Shown in pieces: positions 1 through 7,207 of a DNA stretch of 17,744 nucleotides. Under the pieces are notes generated by a model. It had not been told where the DNA came from. It saw only the letters and a program-made list of their open reading frames with translations, and did no database searches. Each line of letters opens with the position of its first letter. The first letter of the stretch is position 1. The stretch comes from Promethearchaeota archaeon (GTDB taxonomy: Archaea; Asgardarchaeota; Lokiarchaeia; Sigyniarchaeales; SOKP01): the NCBI GenBank assembly GCA_011364975.1, contig RDOE01000067.1, forward strand, positions 1 to 17,744. Direction: 5' to 3'. The translations under genes were made by a program, and so were the position numbers.

Positions 1-469
1 TTCTCATTTATTAATTTCTTATCTTAATCAATATTGTTATCCATTGGTACCAAAAACATTTGAGGAGTTAGCAAAAGCAATTTTATCAAAGAAAATTGTG
101 ATTATGGGGGGCCTACAACCTGGTCAATCAACTACTTCGGTAGCAATCGAAATTGCAGAATATATAAAAGCTGATAATCTAATTATACTTACCGATGTTA
201 AAGGAATTTTTGATAAAGATCCCAAGATTCATAATGACGCTAAATTACTCCCAAAAGTAACCTTAAAACAGCTTAGCGACATAATTATAAACAAAAGTAG
301 TGAAACTCAAGCTGCAGCAGGGGAATACAGGATTTTTGATGCCGTTTCCCTTCAAATTCTCAAAAGAAGTAAAATTACGGTATGTGTTCTTTCAGGCATA
401 GAAGTAGAGGAATTTCAAAAATTAATGAATCGAAGTAAAGAATTTATTGGTACACTTATTACAGATTAG
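1..469 (+). CDS. pyrH: UMP kinase (archaeal PyrH), 5'-truncated by the window edge
   Basis: Motifs MGGLQPGQSTTSVA, TDVKGIFDKDPK and AGEYRIFDAVSLQIL match archaeal UMP kinase. The frame is open from base 2 (SHLLISYLNQYCYPL...), so the real start lies upstream of the window. Confidence 0.93.
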   Translation, partial: SHLLISYLNQYCYPLVPKTFEELAKAILSKKIVIMGGLQPGQSTTSVAIEIAEYIKADNLIILTDVKGIFDKDPKIHNDAKLLPKVTLKQLSDIIINKSSETQAAAGEYRIFDAVSLQILKRSKITVCVLSGIEVEEFQKLMNRSKEFIGTLITD

Positions 470-549
470 AATTTATTATCGTAAATTATTTTAACCTTTA
501 AGATTTCTCTACTATAGAAATAAATTTTAGTTGAATAAAAGATATAAAT

Positions 550-777
550 ATGTCTCAGTCTTCTTGGAAAGATCAGATTAAAAAGAAATGGGGGCCACAT
601 AGTCATTGTCCTATCTGTGGAAAAGCAATGCTCAGTGATAAGCAATTTTGTAGCCAATCATGTAAAGATAATTATATTTCCCGTGAAAAAAAGCAAAAGA
701 AAAAGGGAAGGATACAAATGATTATCCTTTTTGGGATGATGGGTGTAATGTTTATTTTTATCATGTTTATTGGATAA
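550..777 (+). CDS. DUF2116-family Zn-ribbon membrane protein
   Basis: PHSHCPICGK...FCSQSC, a basic stretch and a C-terminal hydrophobic helix; this family often follows pyrH in archaea. Confidence 0.8.
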   Translation: MSQSSWKDQIKKKWGPHSHCPICGKAMLSDKQFCSQSCKDNYISREKKQKKKGRIQMIILFGMMGVMFIFIMFIG

Positions 778-862
778 AAATATATGAGTTAAACCTTCAT
801 AAATTTTTTAATTTATGCTAATTATTATAATAAATATGAAGAAGGTCACTATTTTATAGTGA

Positions 863-988
863 GCAGAGATAACCAAGCCAGGTCAATGCATTTGGAAGTT
901 CTTGAATTGAAAATTTCAAGCGACAAACGGTGATGGACTCAAGATCCATTGTCATAGGACTACGGGAGTTCAAATCTCCCTCTCTGCA
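863..988 (+). tRNA. tRNA-Leu(CAA) with a 41-nt D-loop intron (887..927)
   Basis: Acceptor GCAGAGA/TCTCTGC plus discriminator A988; D-stem ACC/GGT; anticodon stem ATGGA/TCCAT with loop CTCAAGA (CAA at 940-942); variable arm GTC-ATAG-GAC; T-arm GGGAG-TTCAAAT-CTCCC. CCA is not encoded. Confidence 0.95.
887..927 (+). other. Non-canonical tRNA intron (about position 21/22) with relaxed bulge-helix-bulge
   Basis: GGTC-AA|T pairs against GACA-AA|C (one G.A mismatch); internal hairpin CTTGAA/TTCAAG. Removal restores the archaeal Leu D-loop AAGCCAGGTCAAC. Confidence 0.85.
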
Positions 989-996
989 TTTTTTTC
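989..996 (+). terminator. Oligo-T archaeal terminator after tRNA-Leu
   Basis: T8 run directly after the discriminator base. Confidence 0.55.
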
Positions 997-1029
997 AATT
1001 TCTACAAATCGATGAACAGATTAATTTTT

Positions 1030-1386
1030 TTATTTTTTGAATTCCTTTAATATTTCATTTATAAATTTCATTAAAGGTTTAATAACTTCTTGCTCATTCT
1101 TTATGCCTTTCAGAAAAAGTATTAACAATACTGGTGCATTTAAAGAAGAAGAGAATTTCTCTGCAATAATTTGGTTTAATAGTTCTTTATGAATCCCAAA
1201 TAATTTATAGGATTTAGATTTGATTTTCATCTCATCAATTCGAATCGGTGTTGCGATTGTAACATCTCCGATACCAAATTCTTCATTGTCTGAAATTAAG
1301 AGTAAATAAGATTTATGTAATTCAAATAAGCGAAGATATATTTTTAAGCTGTCAATATCAATATCTTTTTCAACTATAAGTTTCAT
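1030..1386 (-). CDS. Proteasome assembly chaperone PAC3/PAC4-like protein
   Basis: 118 aa. Pattern IYLRLFELHKSYLLLIS...IGDVTIATP...SYKLFG...IIAEKFSSSLNAPVLL parallels PSMG4/PAC4 as recalled from memory. Confidence 0.6.
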   Translation of the reverse strand: MKLIVEKDIDIDSLKIYLRLFELHKSYLLLISDNEEFGIGDVTIATPIRIDEMKIKSKSYKLFGIHKELLNQIIAEKFSSSLNAPVLLILFLKGIKNEQEVIKPLMKFINEILKEFKK

Positions 1387-1628
1387 ATTTAGTTAAATAA
1401 TATTTTATTAAATTCAATCGTAATTATATTTTAAATTCTTCTTCAATTTTCCAGCCTTTCGGTTCTCTATTTATTATTCTTTCCTATCTAATTTTTTTGC
1501 CTCTATTACCTGATATTTTCAGTTACCATTAAACAATGGCTTTATATCTTAATTTGAATTAAAAATTATAAATAATAATTTATACCTATTATTTAAAGCT
1601 ATCAAATACTTAAGATTTCTCTATTTCA

Positions 1629-1859
1629 ATGTCTAGTTCTGAGGATTTATCAAATAAAACTAAAATCTGTGAGATAAATATATGTTATAATTGCAATAAT
1701 AAGGTATTTGATAAATCTATTAAGTATTGCCCAAAATGTCAGGTTCTTCTTAATCCTAATGACTTAAAGTGGCGAAAAAGTTTCATTCTTTTCTTACTTT
1801 TATTATTTATATTCCCTATTATTCTGATTGCTTATACAATAATTTCTTATTATCATTAG
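1629..1859 (+). CDS. Small Zn-ribbon protein with C-terminal membrane anchor
   Basis: CYNC...YCPKC followed by a hydrophobic segment of about 25 residues. Confidence 0.7.
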   Translation: MSSSEDLSNKTKICEINICYNCNNKVFDKSIKYCPKCQVLLNPNDLKWRKSFILFLLLLFIFPIILIAYTIISYYH

Positions 1860-1900
1860 AGTAAAAAAATTCAATTTTACAAATAGTTTCATAGATCCAC

Positions 1901-2275
1901 TTAATCTGGAGAAAAAATTACATCTGATATTCTTTGTCGTCTTATATCAAAATCATGATCAAGATGTAAGGTGATACAGTGTTGATCCTTCCTTTCCTTA
2001 TTCTTATGAATATAACTTACAGGTACAACTGGTAAATCTGAATTATTAATATAACTTTTTGGAATTGGAACCGGAATCACTTCTTTACATCTTTCACAAT
2101 TTACTAGAACTACCCTATTATCTTTTCTCTCCAACTTTTTAATTCGATTTAATAAACTTGTTGATAAACCAGGGGAGTCTATTGTAATTTTATTTATTTT
2201 AGGTGGTTCTGGTATTGATGGAATGTTAAAGTTCTCCTCTTCTTCTGCCCAATCTTTTTCCTTTACCTTTTTCAT
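1901..2275 (-). CDS. Hypothetical protein with C-terminal Cys/His (probable Zn-binding) domain
   Basis: AAGGAG upstream of the ATG; Pro-rich N-terminus; CERC...YIH...HCITLHLD. Confidence 0.75.
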   Translation of the reverse strand: MKKVKEKDWAEEEENFNIPSIPEPPKINKITIDSPGLSTSLLNRIKKLERKDNRVVLVNCERCKEVIPVPIPKSYINNSDLPVVPVSYIHKNKERKDQHCITLHLDHDFDIRRQRISDVIFSPD

Positions 2276-2383
2276 TATAGACTCCTTGTTTAATGCTTGG
2301 AATTTGAATGTTATAACTGGTTGTAAAATGGTTTTAGTTTATCTTCTAATAATGATTAAATTATTATAGCAAATAGAAAAAAT

Positions 2384-2992
2384 CTACACTCCAAATATTT
2401 GTCTTAATTCGGCATAGATTTTTGAAAGCTCAGAAATAATCTGAACATTATTTTGCTGCAGGTAATAATTGATATAACCTGATAGCCCTTCATTATCCTT
2501 AATCCAATCTAAAAATGATTGTATTTCCCCTCTTAATTGGGAATCAATATTTGAATTGACTTGAGTTGCAGAAGTTGTACCATAATTACCCATTGCAGTG
2601 TTTGACTCCAAATAACTACTTTTTGAGCTTATTTCTGCCAGAGTTCTTGCTGTATCCATTGTTGCACCCATAGGTTCTCCATCGGGTTCAAGGTATACAA
2701 TTAATTTATGTTCATCATCTTTTGCTCCAAGGATGTGGCCTTCTCCTCGAATTGAAGTAGCTACTAATCGTTCGGAGGTACATTGAAGTATAGAATATTT
2801 GACTCCAGATATCATAACGAATTGTGCATTCATACTGTTCCAGCTGGAAACAACGCGACCTACATCTGGACTAATATCCCAATTATCCGTTGAATATAAA
2901 ATATTATCATTTCCTTTAATAACTGCCGCAGCAATAATGCTAGGATCTTTTCGCATAAGATTATTTACTGCTGTTGCGGGATCAATGGGCAT
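2384..2992 (-). CDS. Asgard profilin with C-terminal extension
   Basis: Residues about 1-123 carry Loki-profilin motifs (AAAVI..ILYSTDNWDIS, ISGVKYSILQCTSERLVATSIRGEGHIL, IVYLEPDG). About 78 extra residues follow. Confidence 0.85.
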   Translation of the reverse strand: MPIDPATAVNNLMRKDPSIIAAAVIKGNDNILYSTDNWDISPDVGRVVSSWNSMNAQFVMISGVKYSILQCTSERLVATSIRGEGHILGAKDDEHKLIVYLEPDGEPMGATMDTARTLAEISSKSSYLESNTAMGNYGTTSATQVNSNIDSQLRGEIQSFLDWIKDNEGLSGYINYYLQQNNVQIISELSKIYAELRQIFGV

Positions 2993-2999
2993 TTTTTAT

Positions 3000-3004
3000 C
3001 CTCC
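3000..3004 (-). promoter_or_regulatory. Shine-Dalgarno GGAGG for the profilin gene
   Basis: Minus strand reads GGAGG-ATAAAAA-ATG, a 7-nt spacing. Confidence 0.65.
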
Positions 3005-3101
3005 ATTTTTAAGATTATAACTAAGTTATAATAGAATTAATATTAATATATTGGTATAAATATAATTATAAAATTATTATTAAAAATTTATTGTTGGGAA
3101 G

Positions 3102-3572
3102 CTAACCTTTTTTTTCCTTTCTGATATTAATTTTGCCAAATTTAAGGTTTTTTTGATTTTCATTATCTTCAAATTGAGAGTATCTTACTTTTTTTAAATT
3201 GTATTCAAAAACCATTTCATTTCGAAAAAAAAATTCGTGTTCTAAATCTTGCTTTTTCTTTTCATTGAGATGATTTTTCAAGGAATCTTCATCTTTAAAA
3301 ATCTTTCCACAAACTGGACATGTTATAAATGGATCTTCTAATAAGCCTTTTGGAGACTTTACTATAACCGGTAAAACCTTCTTTTTATATATGTTTAGCT
3401 CATTCTTCCGACAATAATGCTTTTGTAATTTACCATACGGAGGATATTGAAAAAAAATTTTACTCCCATGAGTACATTCCCAATATAACACATCTATACC
3501 ACATCGTGGACAAGATGTTTTAAAAGAGCGGAGATAACAATGACTTCCGTGACTCTTAGAATAATGTCGCAT
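3102..3572 (-). CDS. Multi-zinc-finger protein (Cys/His N-domain plus C2H2-like finger)
   Basis: HGSHC, CPRC, ECTH and KHYC motifs, then CPVCGKIFKDEDSLKNH...H. Confidence 0.75.
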   Translation of the reverse strand: MRHYSKSHGSHCYLRSFKTSCPRCGIDVLYWECTHGSKIFFQYPPYGKLQKHYCRKNELNIYKKKVLPVIVKSPKGLLEDPFITCPVCGKIFKDEDSLKNHLNEKKKQDLEHEFFFRNEMVFEYNLKKVRYSQFEDNENQKNLKFGKINIRKEKKG

Positions 3573-3740
3573 TATATAAATAGAAAAATAAAACCTATTA
3601 AAATTTTTTGGTGCAAATTTAAAATCAAAATTATAGTCTTATGATTTTTATTAACTGATAAATTCCAAAAACGCAAACATTTAAAAGTATGACTTTAATT
3701 ATAGAAATTAAAGAATTGAAAAAGTTTTAGGTATAAGTTT

Positions 3741-4670
3741 TTGGATCTTTCAACACCTCAAAATAATTTAAATTTATGCCCAGAATGTGGAAACTCAAAT
3801 TTAATTTCAGATGAGGCGCGTGGTGAGATCATATGTAATATCTGTGGTTTAGTTTTAAGTCAAAAAGTAATAGACTCCGGTCCAGAATGGAGAGCATTCT
3901 CCTCAGAGGAGGCTAACAGAAAGGTTCGTGTAGGTGCTCCGACAACTTTAACCCTTCATGATAAAGGATTAAGTACTATGATTGGTTGGAAAAATAAAGA
4001 TGCATTTGGTAAAACAATTAGTCCTAAAATGAAAGCTGAAGTTTACCGATTAAGGAAATGGCATGTAAGAACCAGAACAAACAAATCAATTGATAGAAAT
4101 CTCGCCTATGCGATGAATGAATTAGATCGTTTTGCTTCCCAACTTAACCTTTCTAAAGATTTGAAAGAATCTGCGGCTCATATTTATAGAAAAATGGCTA
4201 ACAAAAATTTAATTAGAGGTCGATCCATTGAAGCGATGTTAGTTGCATCAATTTATTTATCCTGTCGTCTTAATCATGTACCGAAAACTATTGATGATTT
4301 TATGGAATTTGCTCTTGTAGATAAAAAAAAAGTGGCTCGATGTTATAGATTAATTCTAAATGAGTTAAAAGTCAATATCCAAGTATCCTCTCCAATAAAC
4401 TTTATCCCTAGATTCTGCGCTGAGTTAAGATTATCTGGCAAAACACAAAATAGAGCAGCAGAATTGTTAAAGCTAGCAAAGAAATATCATATTATTGCAG
4501 GAAAGGCACCAACAGGTCTTGCGGGAGCAGCATTGTATGTTGCAGCTATTCAAGAAGGAGAAAGAAGAACCCAAAAAGAAATTTCTTTAGCTGCTGGAGT
4601 CACTGAAGCGACAATTAGAAATAGATATAAAGAATTAGTAAATCATTTAAAATTCGATTTAAATATGTAA
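3741..4670 (+). CDS. tfb: Transcription initiation factor IIB (TFB)
   Basis: Zn ribbon CPEC/CNIC, B-reader GPEWRAF, two cyclin repeats, VTEATIRNRYKEL; TTG start. Confidence 0.97.
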   Translation: MDLSTPQNNLNLCPECGNSNLISDEARGEIICNICGLVLSQKVIDSGPEWRAFSSEEANRKVRVGAPTTLTLHDKGLSTMIGWKNKDAFGKTISPKMKAEVYRLRKWHVRTRTNKSIDRNLAYAMNELDRFASQLNLSKDLKESAAHIYRKMANKNLIRGRSIEAMLVASIYLSCRLNHVPKTIDDFMEFALVDKKKVARCYRLILNELKVNIQVSSPINFIPRFCAELRLSGKTQNRAAELLKLAKKYHIIAGKAPTGLAGAALYVAAIQEGERRTQKEISLAAGVTEATIRNRYKELVNHLKFDLNM

Positions 4671-4695
4671 GGAAGAAAAATAGAAAATTACGTAG

Positions 4696-4845
4696 TTAAC
4701 GTACTTTAATCCTTTTAATAACATCTGGACGTTTTTTATACAATATTCTAAATCCACAGTGTGAACATTTAATCCCAGGAAGTGCATTTAATTCCTTTTT
4801 TGTAACTTCCTTCCCACAACTTTTCCTTGCACACACATATTTCAT
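4696..4845 (-). CDS. rpoP: DNA-directed RNA polymerase subunit Rpo12 (RpoP), 49 aa, absent from the ORF track
   Basis: Manual translation MKYVCARKSCGKEVTKKELNALPGIKCSHCGFRILYKKRPDVIKRIKVR contains the CxxCGxRILYKKR signature. Confidence 0.95.
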   Translation of the reverse strand: MKYVCARKSCGKEVTKKELNALPGIKCSHCGFRILYKKRPDVIKRIKVR

Positions 4846-4944
4846 GAATCAAATAAATTAATCAAAGTTAAAATATTTTTCGCTAATGAAAACCAATAAA
4901 GAAAAATGGAAATATTATCATATTAATTTAAGCTTTATTGAGGA

Positions 4945-5760
4945 TTAAATATATAAAGATTTCTTTTTATCCTCCGTATCGATAAACTGAAATGTATCCA
5001 GGTCTTTTTCGAGTTGTTCTCTCTTATTTTGAAGATTTTTAGTAATATCATCTAAATTTTCTAAAGAGTATTTTTTCTTAATTGGAAGTGAGAATGAGTT
5101 CTTTAACATTTCTAAAAGAGTAATTGAAGCTTTTAAATCAGTAATATCTTCATTCACCATGGCAATATTATCCGTTTCAGCTAATAATACTAAACCATCT
5201 ATATTGAACCTTGCTTTTGCCAATGTTGGAATTAACCCATTAGCACCAATAATTACTCCTTTTTGGATTTTTTGACATTTATTTTTAGATAAAAACTCAT
5301 CTAATAATTCTCTGTTAGTAGAACTTGCATATATATTAGGAATTTTTTGGTTTAACTTGCGACTACTTACGGGATATGCCCCAAGAGCAATAATCAGTTT
5401 AATTTCTAAATTAAAAATAATTTCTGTTAAAAAATTTGATATTTTGTAGATACCTTTTGGAGTTAAGCTCTGAGCATCTGCAGTAATTAACATTATATCT
5501 CTAAGAGATTCAGGATCTTTCCAAAAAAGAATTTCTGCTTTGGGCGCTGAAAGTAAACTATCATCAACAATAGCACCTGCGGGATAGTCATCAAAAATAA
5601 AGTCCATATAATGCTGTGCATCTAATTGTCCTATTAATGAATCTAAGGCAAATTTACCTACATCTGCTATACCGGGCATACCTAAAATACAAATAGGATT
5701 TATAAAATCATTTTTTGAAAATTCAATATGTTTAATAATTCTAATACCGGATTCAGTCAA
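4945..5760 (-). CDS. PAC2-family proteasome assembly chaperone (PbaA/PbaB-like) with HbYX tail
   Basis: GMPGIADVG, ADAQ, IIALGAY, IIGANGLI; C-terminus ...SLYI. Confidence 0.88.
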   Translation of the reverse strand: MTESGIRIIKHIEFSKNDFINPICILGMPGIADVGKFALDSLIGQLDAQHYMDFIFDDYPAGAIVDDSLLSAPKAEILFWKDPESLRDIMLITADAQSLTPKGIYKISNFLTEIIFNLEIKLIIALGAYPVSSRKLNQKIPNIYASSTNRELLDEFLSKNKCQKIQKGVIIGANGLIPTLAKARFNIDGLVLLAETDNIAMVNEDITDLKASITLLEMLKNSFSLPIKKKYSLENLDDITKNLQNKREQLEKDLDTFQFIDTEDKKKSLYI

Positions 5761-5929
5761 TTTTTATACCATAATAATTAATTTTGATTGATATAAAATG
5801 TGTCTTCTTTTTTTCTTTAAAATCAATGTGTTATCCTAATAGACACATGATTTATCGTTAAAGTAATACTTTCATATTATCACAGAACACTACTTAAGTA
5901 GAAAGAGTAATATCATCAAATTAATAAAA

Positions 5930-5948
5930 ATTTGTTAATTTAACAAAT
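5930..5948. promoter_or_regulatory. Palindrome ATTTGTTAA-T-TTAACAAAT, candidate operator
   Basis: Perfect 9-bp arms ending 9 nt before the TTG start at 5958. Confidence 0.3.
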
Positions 5949-5957
5949 AGAATAGAA

Positions 5958-6575
5958 TTGGTAAATCTTAAATATAAATGTATGAAGTGTGGAACGTGTT
6001 GTTCAATTCCTAAAGATATTGAGGGAAATTATATAAAGAGAATACCCTTATACCCTGAAGAAGTAAATAAGTTGATAGATATTGCTCGAGAAAGAGGTAT
6101 TCCATTAAAGGTTAAAGAAGATTTAGTATTTCCAGATATTTTAAATAAAAAAATTCTCGTTCTAACTTATAGATTCATTTTAGAGAATTCAGGTTATTGC
6201 ATTTTTCATGATCCTATTGTTGGCTGTACTATCCATGAAAATAAACCACTTTCTTGTCAAGCATATCCCTTAGCAATAAAAAGGATTGATGCTTTTAATT
6301 TAGAAATATCTATAGATCCACTATGTAATTGGATTGAAAAAAATTATGAAAAGTTAAAACAATTAAACTTACAGAACATAAAAGAAATATTTTCGGAAGA
6401 ATATGAAAATGCAATAACATTTTTACGAAAAAATAAAAATTTACAGCTTAAGATAAAAAAATTAGAAGTAGAAAAAAAGATAAAAATATCACGGCAAATT
6501 TCATTAGATGATTTTAATAGATTTTTAAAAGAATGGGATCGAATTGAAATAATTACAAAGGAATCTCAAAAATGA
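5958..6575 (+). CDS. YkgJ-family CxxCxxCC cysteine-cluster (Fe-S/Zn) protein
   Basis: CMKCGTCC, CIFH...GCTIHENKPLSCQAYP, DPLC. Confidence 0.88.
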   Translation: MVNLKYKCMKCGTCCSIPKDIEGNYIKRIPLYPEEVNKLIDIARERGIPLKVKEDLVFPDILNKKILVLTYRFILENSGYCIFHDPIVGCTIHENKPLSCQAYPLAIKRIDAFNLEISIDPLCNWIEKNYEKLKQLNLQNIKEIFSEEYENAITFLRKNKNLQLKIKKLEVEKKIKISRQISLDDFNRFLKEWDRIEIITKESQK

Positions 6576-7207
6576 AGAAATTCGTATCATTAATCTCAGG
6601 TGGATTAGATAGTCCAATTGCTTCCTATCTAATGATTAAAAAAGGATTTATCCCTATCTTTATTTCATTTTTAACTTCTGATGATATAGATCATACATTA
6701 AAATTAAAAGTTAGCAAAGTAGTATCAGAATTAAGTAAATTCACCAAATATAAGGTTAAATTATTCTTTATAAACCATGACTCAAATTTAGAAAAATTCG
6801 TTAATGATTGTGACCGTAAACTCACATGCATTTTATGTAAGCGATTAATGTTAAGAATATCTAAATATATTGGTAAATTAGAAAATACTAACATCATTAT
6901 TACAGGAGATATTATGGGAGAACAAGCAAGCCAAACCCTAGATAATCTTTTTGCTTATCAAAATATAATGAAAGAATTTATCATCCTTAGACCTTTAATT
7001 GGCTTAAATAAACATGATATTATTAAATTTAATAAAGAATTAGGCCTCTATGAAATAACTTCCACGCAATCAGCAGGTTGTCGCTACAATCCTCAATATC
7101 CAGAAACTCATGCAAAATCTCATGAAATAATTTATTCGGAATCGAATTTAGATATAGATTCTTTAATTAAAAACTCAATTAACTCAGTAGAAACTTTAGA
7201 ATTTTAA
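6572..7207 (+). CDS. thiI: ThiI-like PP-loop sulfurtransferase catalytic domain, no THUMP domain
   Basis: SLISGGLDSPIA, CILCKRLM, ITGDIMGEQASQTLDNL, LRPLIG, GC...P..PET; ATGA overlap with the upstream gene. Confidence 0.8.
   Translation: MKKFVSLISGGLDSPIASYLMIKKGFIPIFISFLTSDDIDHTLKLKVSKVVSELSKFTKYKVKLFFINHDSNLEKFVNDCDRKLTCILCKRLMLRISKYIGKLENTNIIITGDIMGEQASQTLDNLFAYQNIMKEFIILRPLIGLNKHDIIKFNKELGLYEITSTQSAGCRYNPQYPETHAKSHEIIYSESNLDIDSLIKNSINSVETLEF

Noticed and set aside
44-46. TTG start given for pyrH
   Set aside because: The frame is open to the window edge and the N-terminal UMP kinase motifs are missing, so the gene starts upstream.
466-657. 63-aa minus-strand ORF
   Set aside because: Antisense to the DUF2116 gene; no motifs.
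2799-3020. 73-aa plus-strand ORF
   Set aside because: Antisense shadow of profilin.
3020-3095. AT-only palindromes upstream of profilin (e.g. ATTAATATTAAT)
   Set aside because: Expected by chance in nearly pure A/T sequence; no single TATA box can be picked with confidence.
6691-6897. 68-aa minus-strand ORF
   Set aside because: Antisense shadow of the ThiI-like gene.
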